From Bacilli bacterium (GTDB lineage Bacteria; Bacillota_I; Bacilli_A; RFN20; CAG-826), in assembly GCA_022482735.1 (NCBI GenBank), contig JAKVOO010000001.1, positions 838,837-902,836 of the forward strand: a DNA stretch of 64,000 nucleotides, written 5' to 3'. Each line of letters begins with the position of its first letter. Position 1 is the stretch's first letter. Below, piece by piece: positions 22,773-31,963 of the stretch. Below the pieces are notes generated by a model. The model was not told the origin of the DNA and did no database searches. It worked only from the letters and a program-made list of their open reading frames with translations. A program made the position numbers and the translations under genes.

Positions 22773-23719
22773 TACGCGCGGGCTCCTTTTTTTAATTTCC
22801 GAGAACTAAAATTTTTCCGCCCACTTCCCACGTGGAGAAACTTAAATAAGAACAATGTCACAATTAGTAACCCAACAAAAACAAAGAGACTGCCCGCGCT
22901 AACTAATCCATAATTACCCTTTTTCATCTCATTCCATAGATAATAGACGATAGTATTGGCACTAGAAGAACTAACAATTATATAGTTATCAGCAAAGGCT
23001 AATATTCCCCCGATTACCGAAGTAATAAGGACATAAAAAGTTGTTTGTTTTACTAATGGGATAGTTATTTTAAAAGTTTTATAAAATAGATTAGCTCCTT
23101 CAATATCGGCGGCCTCATATAATTCATGAGGTATATTCTGCATGGAGGCAAAATAGAGCAACAAGGTGCCGCCTATTCCTCCCCATACGCCTTTGATTAT
23201 AAGAGTTATCTTTACAATTCGAGGATCACTAAGCCAGAGAATATGCGTATTAAATATTTGATTAATTGCTCCGTAATCGGCATTAAATAACCATTTCCAA
23301 ACTAATCCAACGGCGATTGCCGAGCTGACTGCTGGAAGATAATAAATAATTAGATAAGGTTTCTTAATCTTGCAATACTTGGAATTGATTAAAGTGGCTA
23401 ATACGAATGATAAGACCATTCCCACTGGGATTCCCATCATTAAATATAGGGTGTTAGTAATTGATTTAATAAAATTGGGATCGGCAAACAACTCTTGAAA
23501 ATTGCCCCAGCCAATATAATTGCCCGCCCCAGGATTGTAATTGAAATCGGTCAATTCATGGAAAGAGGCAAATATAGAATAAAGAAGAGGAATGAAGGTA
23601 AACAAAAGAAAGCCGATCACCACTGGAGCTACAAATAAGTAGCCCGCCATTTGCTCCTTAAATCGTCGATTGCTAACTTTGATTTTTAAACGGTTAAGTA
23701 TATTCATCATTATTACCAA
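22772..23719 (-). CDS. Carbohydrate ABC transporter permease (MalF-like).
   Basis: Multi-TM protein with 'YEAADIEGANLFYKTFKITIPL'. Confidence 0.85.
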   Translation of the reverse strand: MVIMMNILNRLKIKVSNRRFKEQMAGYLFVAPVVIGFLLFTFIPLLYSIFASFHELTDFNYNPGAGNYIGWGNFQELFADPNFIKSITNTLYLMMGIPVGMVLSFVLATLINSKYCKIKKPYLIIYYLPAVSSAIAVGLVWKWLFNADYGAINQIFNTHILWLSDPRIVKITLIIKGVWGGIGGTLLLYFASMQNIPHELYEAADIEGANLFYKTFKITIPLVKQTTFYVLITSVIGGILAFADNYIIVSSSSANTIVYYLWNEMKKGNYGLVSAGSLFVFVGLLIVTLFLFKFLHVGSGRKNFSSRKLKKGARA

Positions 23720-25236
23720 GCATATTTGGAAGTCGTTTTATCTAAAATCGTTTGACACCGGTCTTCTAAGCCTGATAGAAATTCACTATTAATTCGACTA
23801 TTAGTATTCCAATCCCAAACATTGAGATGACCTCCGTATGAAGAAGTTAACGACCAAACTCGAAACAGTTTATAGTTATCATCGGATGATTCCCACATTT
23901 CATCATACCAATCTGCGTTATAGGTGTAGGCTTGAGGCCGCCTTTCACTATTGGCCATCATATCAAGATATACTTGGCGATTTAACGGGCGATTATAACC
24001 CATAGTTGCATTTTTAGGGTCATTAATCGTTGCCTCCATAAATTCGCCATTAGCCATATCAATTAGATTCGGCACCGCTTGTCCTAATTGATAATTTATT
24101 TTTTGCGCCACCGGTGAAGCGGTTAAAAATTCGGCCAATTTATACGCGCCTTCTGGATCTTTACTACCTTTATAACAGGAAATACCCACTGATCCCAAAA
24201 AGGATTTTGATGATGCTCCACTGCGATATCCATCCTGCCAATTATCAAGATTGCCAGTGGCATTGGGAACTGGTGTATATAGAATATCCCAATCAAAATT
24301 GCACTCCCATAGTTCTGGTGTGTCCCAAGCTCCAACGAAAGCGGCTCCTGCTAAACCACTGGAAAAGCGTTGTAAGCCCGCTTGTGAGGCTTGACCTTCC
24401 GCCGTTGTCATTACTTGGTACTTGTTGGATAAGTCAGCAACAAATTGAAGTGATTCGGCAAAGTTATTATTATCAATGGTAACTGTTTTATTGCTAGCGT
24501 CTAAAAAGCGTTGTCCCATTGAAGCCATGGCGCTTTCTAATGGATAATGAGTAATACCTACAATAGAATTAGAGTCACTTAACGACCCTTCCTTTATGTC
24601 TTGGCAGAAAGCAACAAATTGTGCCCAAGTCATCGCCACTTTATCATTTAAAGTTTTCGTGGAAGGATTATATCCATATTGACCACTAACATCACTGATA
24701 ATTGTGACCCCTTTGCTTTGAACAAGCGTTTTGTTATAAGCCAAAACATTAGGTCCTAAATCCTTTGGCAAAGCATAGATATCCCCCGTTCCTAATCTTT
24801 TACTTGCCGTGTCATATCGATAGGCATCAATTCCTTCATTCCAAATATTGTCAATTGACATCGCACTTGATTGTTCAATATATGGGGTTAAATCCATCAT
24901 AATATCCGATGAGTTGATCCATTGAACAAAGTTGATATCCGGCATATAGAAGACATCCGGCATATTACGGGTGTTGTTCTTATAACTGCCTAAGGTCGTT
25001 ATGTAATTATCGGAAGTAACAGAAGAATATACGACATCATATTGAGGATATTCCTTAGTAAATTCCGCGATCATTGTTTTAAAAATTTGTTGCTCGGCAA
25101 CTGACCCCCAGCCAAAAAACTTCAGTACTGATTTTTTGTCACCGCTCGAATCAGAAGTTCCTCCGCAAGCTGAAAGTACTAAGGATAAAAACATTGTCGC
25201 CATAAATGAAAGGCTGATTTTTTTAGTTTTGCGCAT
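23713..25236 (-). CDS. Extracellular solute-binding lipoprotein (sugar ABC transporter).
   Basis: MRKTKKISLSFMATMFLSLVLSACGG lipobox. About 500 aa, SBP family 1 size. Confidence 0.8.
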   Translation of the reverse strand: MRKTKKISLSFMATMFLSLVLSACGGTSDSSGDKKSVLKFFGWGSVAEQQIFKTMIAEFTKEYPQYDVVYSSVTSDNYITTLGSYKNNTRNMPDVFYMPDINFVQWINSSDIMMDLTPYIEQSSAMSIDNIWNEGIDAYRYDTASKRLGTGDIYALPKDLGPNVLAYNKTLVQSKGVTIISDVSGQYGYNPSTKTLNDKVAMTWAQFVAFCQDIKEGSLSDSNSIVGITHYPLESAMASMGQRFLDASNKTVTIDNNNFAESLQFVADLSNKYQVMTTAEGQASQAGLQRFSSGLAGAAFVGAWDTPELWECNFDWDILYTPVPNATGNLDNWQDGYRSGASSKSFLGSVGISCYKGSKDPEGAYKLAEFLTASPVAQKINYQLGQAVPNLIDMANGEFMEATINDPKNATMGYNRPLNRQVYLDMMANSERRPQAYTYNADWYDEMWESSDDNYKLFRVWSLTSSYGGHLNVWDWNTNSRINSEFLSGLEDRCQTILDKTTSKYAW

Positions 25237-25265
25237 ATAAACACCTCTTGCACCCTAATAGTAAT

Positions 25266-25283
25266 GTGGTAATCGCTTACATT
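25266..25283. promoter_or_regulatory. cre-like / LacI-type operator candidate (reverse strand ATGTAAGCGATTACCACA) upstream of ABC operon 2.
   Basis: Matches the cre consensus TGWAANCGNTNWCA at 13 of 14 positions. Lies 30 to 47 bp upstream of the SBP start (25236). Confidence 0.4.
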
Positions 25284-25394
25284 CAACGTCAAATTTTCAA
25301 TTTTTACAAATTAACGTTATTAATTCGAAAATATTCGAAATTCGCTTGCAACCCGAACCAAGTAGTGATTAACTGAAATTAAAAGAGGGATTAT

Positions 25395-26326
25395 ATGCGG
25401 AAATTAACTTTAAATCTAAATGACGACAATATCTTAGAAAAGATTGGCGATTCGTTCTCCTCACCCATTCGGCGTAAGATTTTACGTTTGGTGGCCAATA
25501 AATCCTATTCTATATATGAGATTGCTCAAGAATTGAATTTATCAATGTCAACGACCTCCTTTCATATTAAGATTTTAAAGGAAGCGAAAACTTATTAAAG
25601 CTATACCTTCCCCCTCCAAAAAAGGAAATGAGAAAAATGTCTCAATTGAGTGTGAATCAATGACCATATTTGTTAATGGTGATTCGGAAATAAGTAATTT
25701 AAGAAAGATAGTCACTATTCCCCTTGGCTCTTTTATCGATTACTGACATTACTCCCCCCTGTGTAATTTGCACTAAAGAAATGGCTCTTCAACCTATTGA
25801 TGATCGCAATGTTTTTTTGTCACCCTCCCGTATTCAGGCCCAATTAATATCTTTTTATAAAGGGCATATTACTTTTCCTATTCCCCTTGATAAAGAAGAA
25901 GGAACCCAATTGGAATCGATAACTATTTTCATGGAACTTTGCTCTGAATGTCCCAACTACAACAATAGTTGGAAAAGTGATATTACTTTTTGGATTAATG
26001 GTCAAGAAATTGCCACCTACCTTTCACTAGGAGATTACGGCGATCGCCGTGGTGCTTACACTCCTTCGTGGTGGCCATCTAGTTCAACTCAATATGGCAT
26101 GCCCGTCAACCTCCGTATTGATATGGATGGCACTTATATAAATGGTGCCAAAGCTAGTTCGATAACCATTAATAGCCTTGGAATAAGAAACAATGAAGTT
26201 CTCCATTTTACTCTGGGAGTGAAGGATGATGCAAAATACGTTGGAGGCATTAACCTTTTCGGAAGAAATTTTGGGGATATAAATGAAGATATTACCGTGC
26301 AAATTGCCTTTGAAAGAAAAAAATAA
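25395..26326 (+). pseudogene. ArsR-type wHTH regulator with a ~200-aa C-terminal domain of unknown function, paralog of 42920..43853. Disrupted by at least 2 frameshifts into ORFs 25395..25598 and 25724..26326, with an out-of-frame homologous segment between them.
   Basis: HTH 'SSPIRRKILRLVANKSYSIYEIAQELNLSMSTTSFHIKIL'. The C-terminal domain shares 'ELCSE.PN.N.WKSDITFW.N..E..TY.SLGDYGDR.G..TP..WPS..QYG' and '..F..G.KDDAKYVGGINLFG.NFGD' with the paralog. The gap segment 'IVTIPLGSFIDY' aligns to 'LVEVPIGSYSAF' in a different frame. Confidence 0.65.
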
Positions 26327-26397
26327 TGAGCGATTTTCTATCAATGGCTAGCCCAAAGCACTCAATTCTTGCCTATTGATAGTAATTAGAAAATAAA

Positions 26398-26437
26398 AAT
26401 AGCTTGCCTAATAAAAGGTGCAAGCTATTTTTTTGTT
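26398..26437. terminator. Rho-independent terminator. It is flanked by T/A runs on both strands; on the minus strand it would terminate the feo operon.
   Basis: ATAGCTTGC-CTAATAAAAGGT-GCAAGCTAT stem-loop followed by TTTTTTTG on the plus strand, and preceded by a run of A. Confidence 0.65.
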
Positions 26438-26471
26438 ACATAATAATTAAAACACAATAACGTTTTGCTGT

Positions 26472-26648
26472 TTATTTGTTGCCTTTATATTTCTTTCGAT
26501 ACATCTTCACTAATCCGCCACCCTTGCTCGCACACGATGCGCACTCACCCGTAGGAAGATGGTGAACTTTTTTATAAATGTAACGGGCGATTAAGGCTAG
26601 AAGAAAAAGGGCCGTTAGAACGATAACAATAATTTCAATTGGTTGCAT
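26472..26648 (-). CDS. FeoB-associated Cys-rich small membrane protein (FeoC-like accessory). Start taken at the internal Met (MQPIEIIV...).
   Basis: One TM segment (IIVIVLTALFLLALIA) followed by a GECASCASKGG Cys motif. Sits 5 nt downstream of the feoB stop, the typical Firmicutes arrangement. Confidence 0.6.
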   Translation of the reverse strand: MQPIEIIVIVLTALFLLALIARYIYKKVHHLPTGECASCASKGGGLVKMYRKKYKGNK

Positions 26649-26652
26649 ATTA

Positions 26653-28911
26653 TTAAATACCTTCCTTAAATATTCTTTGATCTCGAGCACGATTAACATA
26701 ATGAATTATGATGATTGCCATAATAAAGGCCGCAAGGAAGATAAATGATGTCCACCACCAAGTCCCAATGAGATATACCATACTTCCAACCAAGAAGGAG
26801 GCAATAAGCCAGAAAGCAATTGTCGATATAAACTTTCCTTTTGGTAGTTCAGCTTTGGCTGTAGCAACTGCCGCAAAACAAGGAACCGTTGTCATATTAA
26901 AAGCAACAAATGCTAGTAATCCGGGAACGGTAATATTTGTCGCCTGGGCCATAACCATTACCGCTTGAATCCCCTCTTCATCGCCAGCAAAACCGGCGAC
27001 AAGGCTAGCAGCCAAAGTTCCAAAAGTAGCGATTACGTTTTCCTTAGCAATTAATCCGGTAATTGCTCCGACAACGAAGACCCATCCAAACTCTCCTAAT
27101 TGAGAGCCAAAACCCATCGGCGTAAAAATTGGAGCAAGAAATTTTCCAAAATTGGCGAGAATGGAAGCTCCCATTTCTTCATCACTTAAAAATTGAAAAC
27201 TAAATGAGAAATGCGAAATAAACCAAATAAGAATGGTCGAAGCAAGAATAATGGTAAATGCCTTTTTTACAAAGTGCTTGGTTTTATCCCATAAATGAAC
27301 CATAAGCGATTTAAATTGAGGGATGTGGTAGGCAGGAAGTTCCATAATAAATGGTGGAACTTCACCACGCATTGTCGTATTTCGCATAAATATAATTGCA
27401 ACAATGGCACTAACCATTCCTAACAGATACATACCAAGAGTTATAAATTCCGCATTGCCAATACCAAACATTTGCACAATTCCGCCGCTTATTGCCGTTA
27501 AAATCGGCAATTTGGCTCCGCAACTAAAGAAAGGAATAACTCTGATCGTCGCCGTTCTTTCATTGTCATCGGCTAATGTACGCGTATTGATCATAGCCGG
27601 AACTGAGCAGCCAAAGCCCATAATCATCGGCATAAAAGCGCGCCCAGATAGACCAAACTTACGGAATATACGATCAAGAATAAATGCCACTCGAGCCATA
27701 TAGCCGCTATCTTCTAGAATGGAAAAGAAAAGGAATAAGAATAAAATCTGTGGTAAGAAAGATAAAACCGCAAATAGTCCTCCAAGAACTCCATCGACTA
27801 AAAACCCACTGACCCATTGAGGAGAACTTGCTAAGGCCGTTCCGGCAATCTCGGATAACCATCCAGTTACATTATCAAGAAAATTGAAAAGAATAACTCC
27901 TGGTGAGTTTATTCCTCCATTGGCAAACAATCCTTCAAATATCGTTCCCGGGAAGGATACAAGTCCGTCAGGACCCAATAAGTGCATCGCATTGAGATAG
28001 AATAAATCTTCCGCAAAGGTCAAATGAAATATAAGAAAAAGAATAAATATAAAAATCGGTATTCCCAGCCATCTATTTGTTAGTATTCGATCTGCTCGGT
28101 CAGACGGAGTTCCTTTTTTGCTTTTATGATCTTGGCTATGAGTCTTTACTTGTGCAAAATGATGAGAAATATATTTATAGCGCGCATCCGCAATTACCGC
28201 TTCAAAGTCATTGCCAAACACTTCATCCCTAAAGCCATCTTTATACTCCTCAACCATCGAAACAAGATTAGGATGATCCTTAGTTTCTAACTCATCTAAT
28301 TCAGCCAATTTAATCGCATGGAATAAAGCGTTAGGAACATTTAGACCGCGGAAAGCAATTTCACAATCACTTATAAGGTGTCTTAAAGAATTGTTTTCAA
28401 GAACCGTCGTTGCTTTTCTTTTTGATAGCGATGCCTCATATGCCACTTTCATCAGATGCTCAATATTGTCTTCACGCAAGGCACTAATTGGAACAACGGG
28501 CACTCCAAGTTTCGATGACAATTCCTTTACATCAATTTTTTCTCCCCGTTTATTAACCACGTCAATCATATTAAGAGCAATCACTAACGGAGTATCAATT
28601 TCCATCAATTGCGTAGAAAGGTATAAGTTTCGTTCTAAGTTTGTAGCATCGACAATATTGATAATACAATCGGGTTTTTCATTGAGAATATAGTTTCGAG
28701 AAATAACTTCTTCCGGAGTATAAGGTGAAAGCGAATAAATACCTGGAAGATCAACAATCGAAATTGGTTCAACTCCCTTGCGGTATGTTCCCTCGCGCTT
28801 ATCAACTGTGACTCCCGGCCAATTACCCACATGAGCGGTTGAACCCGTTAAAAGATTAAATAATGTTGTCTTACCTGAATTAGGATTTCCTGCTAACGCA
28901 AAATGTTTCAT
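26653..28911 (-). CDS. feoB: Ferrous iron transporter FeoB.
   Basis: N-terminal G-domain 'LAGNPNSGKTTLFNLLTG' followed by a large polytopic membrane domain. 752 aa. Confidence 0.95.
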   Translation of the reverse strand: MKHFALAGNPNSGKTTLFNLLTGSTAHVGNWPGVTVDKREGTYRKGVEPISIVDLPGIYSLSPYTPEEVISRNYILNEKPDCIINIVDATNLERNLYLSTQLMEIDTPLVIALNMIDVVNKRGEKIDVKELSSKLGVPVVPISALREDNIEHLMKVAYEASLSKRKATTVLENNSLRHLISDCEIAFRGLNVPNALFHAIKLAELDELETKDHPNLVSMVEEYKDGFRDEVFGNDFEAVIADARYKYISHHFAQVKTHSQDHKSKKGTPSDRADRILTNRWLGIPIFIFILFLIFHLTFAEDLFYLNAMHLLGPDGLVSFPGTIFEGLFANGGINSPGVILFNFLDNVTGWLSEIAGTALASSPQWVSGFLVDGVLGGLFAVLSFLPQILFLFLFFSILEDSGYMARVAFILDRIFRKFGLSGRAFMPMIMGFGCSVPAMINTRTLADDNERTATIRVIPFFSCGAKLPILTAISGGIVQMFGIGNAEFITLGMYLLGMVSAIVAIIFMRNTTMRGEVPPFIMELPAYHIPQFKSLMVHLWDKTKHFVKKAFTIILASTILIWFISHFSFSFQFLSDEEMGASILANFGKFLAPIFTPMGFGSQLGEFGWVFVVGAITGLIAKENVIATFGTLAASLVAGFAGDEEGIQAVMVMAQATNITVPGLLAFVAFNMTTVPCFAAVATAKAELPKGKFISTIAFWLIASFLVGSMVYLIGTWWWTSFIFLAAFIMAIIIIHYVNRARDQRIFKEGI

Positions 28912-29153
28912 AATGACTCCTCAATTTCGACAAAAACGTTTTTAGCTTCCGTTTTCCGCAAAGATAGCTCATATCCGCGAAGCGTTATTTCAATTGGGTC
29001 ACCTAAAGGGGCTTGTTTCTTTATCAAAACATTAGCTCCAGGAGTAACTCCCATGTCGAATAATCTTCGGCGAATTTTACCTTCGCCTTCTACTCTTTTT
29101 ATTAGTCCACTTGAACCAATCTTCATCTTGTCTAATTGCACTAATGTGGTCAT
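28908..29153 (-). CDS. feoA: FeoA-domain protein.
   Basis: 81-aa SH3-like FeoA with 'LKRVEGEGKIRRRLFDMGVTPGANV'. Its TGA stop overlaps the feoB ATG. Confidence 0.85.
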   Translation of the reverse strand: MTTLVQLDKMKIGSSGLIKRVEGEGKIRRRLFDMGVTPGANVLIKKQAPLGDPIEITLRGYELSLRKTEAKNVFVEIEESL

Positions 29154-29155
29154 GT

Positions 29156-29377
29156 TTAAGCCTCCTGGTTAACCAAAATTCGTGTTGCTATACCTTCGTC
29201 AATCCCCAAACGTCCCTCTTTAATCTGACAGATAACGCTTTTCCCTGAGCGACTTAAAATTACGATCTCTGAGTTAATCGTAATGCCAAGACTTTCAAGG
29301 TGCTTCTTTATTTTTCCATCCGCCAAAATCTTGAACACTTTCAATTTTTGATTAAGCGGAGCAATCACCAATGGCAT
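29156..29377 (-). CDS. feoA: Second FeoA-domain protein.
   Basis: 73-aa FeoA-like 'KILADGKIKKHLESLGITINSEIVIL'. AAGGAGG RBS. Confidence 0.8.
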   Translation of the reverse strand: MPLVIAPLNQKLKVFKILADGKIKKHLESLGITINSEIVILSRSGKSVICQIKEGRLGIDEGIATRILVNQEA

Positions 29378-29390
29378 ACCATGCCTCCTT

Positions 29391-29408
29391 AGTTAGTTCT
29401 AACTAACT
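29391..29408. promoter_or_regulatory. DtxR/IdeR iron-box-like palindrome AGTTAGTTCTAACTAACT immediately upstream of the feoA RBS.
   Basis: Perfect 8-bp arms AGTTAGTT/AACTAACT with a CT centre. The (TTAG)2-N2-(CTAA)2 architecture resembles the 19-bp iron box TTAGGTTAGCCTAACCTAA. Confidence 0.5.
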
Positions 29409-29445
29409 CAATCTTAAAAATAAATCAGGACTCGACCTGATAGTA

Positions 29446-29463
29446 AGTTAGCCTTTGCTAACT
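29446..29463. promoter_or_regulatory. Second related palindrome AGTTAGCCTTTGCTAACT in the feoA-dtxR intergenic region.
   Basis: Perfect 7-bp arms AGTTAGC/GCTAACT with a 4-nt spacer. Shares the outer AGTTAG/CTAACT with the site at 29391. Confidence 0.45.
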
Positions 29464-29579
29464 CGCTCACTATTATAGTGGTTTCGCTTTTGTTATGTCA
29501 ACCTAAAATATAAAATAAAACCTATTATTTGAAACCCCTATAGGAAAATGCTAACATTACAATTAAATGAGGTGCCCAA

Positions 29580-29963
29580 ATGAATTCTAAGAAATCGCGT
29601 GAAGACTATCTTGAACGGATTTTAATGCTCCAAGAAGAACACGGGAGTGTCCGTTCGGTTGATATTGCTAACGCAATGAGTTTTTCTAAAGCAAGCGTCA
29701 GTATTGCATTAAAAAAGTTAAGGGAAGAAAAATTGGTTAATTTTGCTGATGATGGCACCGTCCACTTAACCACTGCTGGTTATTTAACCGCGACTACAAT
29801 TTATGAACGGCATAAAGTTATATCGGCTTCACTCATGGCGCTAGGAGTTGATGAAAAAACCGCTTTAGAGGATGCCTGTCTTATTGAACATGATATAAGT
29901 CCTAAAACCTTTGAAGTTTTAAAAGAGCATTACCTAAAATACCGCGATAAAATTAATAAATAA
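29580..29963 (+). CDS. DtxR/MntR-family metal-dependent transcriptional regulator, divergent from the feo operon.
   Basis: 'REDYLERILMLQEEHGSVRSVDIANAMSFSKASVSIALKKLREEKLV' is a DtxR-type HTH; a metal-binding/dimerisation helix region follows. 127 aa. Confidence 0.85.
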   Translation: MNSKKSREDYLERILMLQEEHGSVRSVDIANAMSFSKASVSIALKKLREEKLVNFADDGTVHLTTAGYLTATTIYERHKVISASLMALGVDEKTALEDACLIEHDISPKTFEVLKEHYLKYRDKINK

Positions 29964-29998
29964 AAGAGAATGGTGGCAAGCCATTCTCTTTTTTTATC
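29964..29998. terminator. Rho-independent terminator shared by the convergent genes at 29580..29963 and 30012..31732; T/A runs flank it on both strands.
   Basis: AGAGAATGG-TGGCAAG-CCATTCTCT stem-loop followed by TTTTTTTAT and preceded by AAAAG. Confidence 0.75.
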
Positions 29999-30011
29999 TT
30001 AATATATCTAT

Positions 30012-31732
30012 TTAATCAACAATAATTTGAATTGGACATCCACGCCAATATGAGCCGCTGGACTTGAGTTGCAAATTTTGAACACCAACGATTATTGAAA
30101 CTTGCTGTCCAATATATGGTTCAAGCCAACTGAAATCATTAGCATTGTTTTGCGAATAAAGAGGAAGTCCAACCGATGAATCATCAAGCCCAAAAAAAGT
30201 GTATGAACCATATTGTCCCGATGATTTATAAACCGTGCAAGTTACAAGGTACATATTACCCGTAAGATTAGTACTCGGGCGGGTGGAAACAATTGCCTCA
30301 ATAGAATTAGTGCTATAGGCTGTAGAAGGAATAGCAAAGACATTACGATCAATGCTTAAAACCTCCGCCTCGGATAATTGAAAGTCGCCATCATACTCTT
30401 CGGCAGCGGCATTAGTGGCATCTTTAACATAGTGAGTAACTGTCGCCTGAATAACAACCTTATTTCCTTCTTCTAAGTCGATAAGGTTACCTTGAGTTGA
30501 GGTTCCATTATAGACAAACATAGACCCCGATTCGTCAGCGATAAAGAATCCTTGCTTAACCATTGAACTCTTGTAAGTTAATTTTGCGACTACGCCCTCA
30601 ACAGTAACAATTGTTCCGTCGCTTTCTTGTTTGGCCTCCGCTAGAGAAATAGTATCGATATCTGGTTTAGCAATAATAGTGAAATCCTTTGTTTTGGAAA
30701 CGGAAATTCCATTATAAGTCGCTTCCGCCACTAGCGAAACTTCGCCCAATATTTGTGACTTAATTGAAATATAATTGTTAGTCTCATCCGTTGTAATCGT
30801 GATTTGACTGGAAGAGGAAGTGTAAGCTATGGTAAGCCCCGCTACTTTCTCATCATTTTTAGCCATAGTTATAACCGTATCAACATTATAAGAATTTGCG
30901 ATTGGAAGCAATGCCCGATAAGCGCCTCCAGTGGCCACTTCTTCATCCGATATGGTTGTTTCACCCAAAATATTAATTGGACAAATCCGCCAAAGATTTT
31001 GTGATGGCTTGCCGATGCTGACAACAAATTCAATATCAACTAGTTTGCCATTCCATTCATTTGTCCAGGCGTAGTCCTTACCATTTGATTGAGTGTAAGC
31101 TAATAGTGTATCAGTAAGATTTGTATCTTCAATTTCGTAATTCACATAGCTAACATTGTCATAGACATGATAGTAAGCCTTAGTTCGATATATTTTGCCA
31201 GTAATATCTTCCGTCAATGGTATGGCATTTATATCCGCAACACTAAGGTTTGAAATAACTTCATTAGGAATTTCATTGTCGGTCTTATTGTCATTGCCAA
31301 CAATGACTGGTGAAGTTAATTGCACCATTCCCTTATAGTTAATAGCCGTGGCACTTCCAACATCATTTTGCGGAATATAATAGGCCTTAGTGCCTTGGAC
31401 CGTAACTTTATTTCCCGGCTGAACACTCTTTGCAACATCTTCGCCATAGATATATATACTGTCCGTCTGATCTGCTAACCAAAAGCCAGTTATATATGGG
31501 GTCGATTGCCCAGTATAATTATAAGCAACAACCACCCCAGTGACAGTAAAACTTTCGTTTACTTCTCCACTACGGGCGGCGGCAATCGAAACACTTGTTT
31601 CCTCGGAAGTCGTAACTTCCGATGTGTTTAATGATTCCAAACTGGATGATTCTGACGAAGTCATATCCCGACATGAGGCAGTGTAAATAAAGCAACAATA
31701 ACTAGAATAAGTGGAAATCTTTTGCGATTCAT
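30012..31732 (-). CDS. Surface lipoprotein with two OB-fold (tRNA_anti/YhcR-like) domains plus additional beta domains; function unknown. A 1-nt frameshift near ~31665 lies between the signal peptide and the body.
   Basis: ATG at 31732 gives MNRKRFPLILVIVALFTLPHVGI*. The body frame reads ...ASCRDMTSSESSS, so restoring one base gives the lipobox LASC. The repeats 'TVTGVVVAYNYTGQSTPYITGFWLADQTDSIYIYGE' and 'VTVEGVVAKLTYKSSMVKQGFFIADESGSMFVYNG' are OB-fold-like. Confidence 0.55.
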
Positions 31733-31879
31733 TTTTTTCTCCTATTTTAACTTTCTTCTTTTTTTGAACATCTTTTCCATCATAAAAAGTAGAACGCCAA
31801 AACATTCATCGCTTACCCATCACTCAAATAAAAAATTCACACTCCTTCCAAAGTAAACAAAAGAATGCTTTTTTGGGGG

Positions 31880-31898
31880 AGTTAGTGAATTACTAACT
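31880..31898. promoter_or_regulatory. Palindrome AGTTAGTGAATTACTAACT upstream of lipoprotein gene 30012..31732, related to the feo operator candidates.
   Basis: Perfect 7-bp arms AGTTAGT/ACTAACT with a 5-nt spacer, about 150 bp upstream of the ATG at 31732. Confidence 0.4.
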
Positions 31899-31963
31899 AC
31901 CGATAGTATAGCAAAGGGGAAAATATTTTATAATACTTTTATGTAAATTTTTTGAAAACTTTA

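Noticed and set aside
28908-28911. Alternative genetic code (UGA as Trp, as in Mycoplasma/Spiroplasma), given the low GC content and the lipoprotein-rich proteome.
   Set aside because: TGA terminates several conserved genes exactly at their expected C-termini (for example feoA at 28908..28910, overlapping the feoB ATG). Translation table 11 applies.
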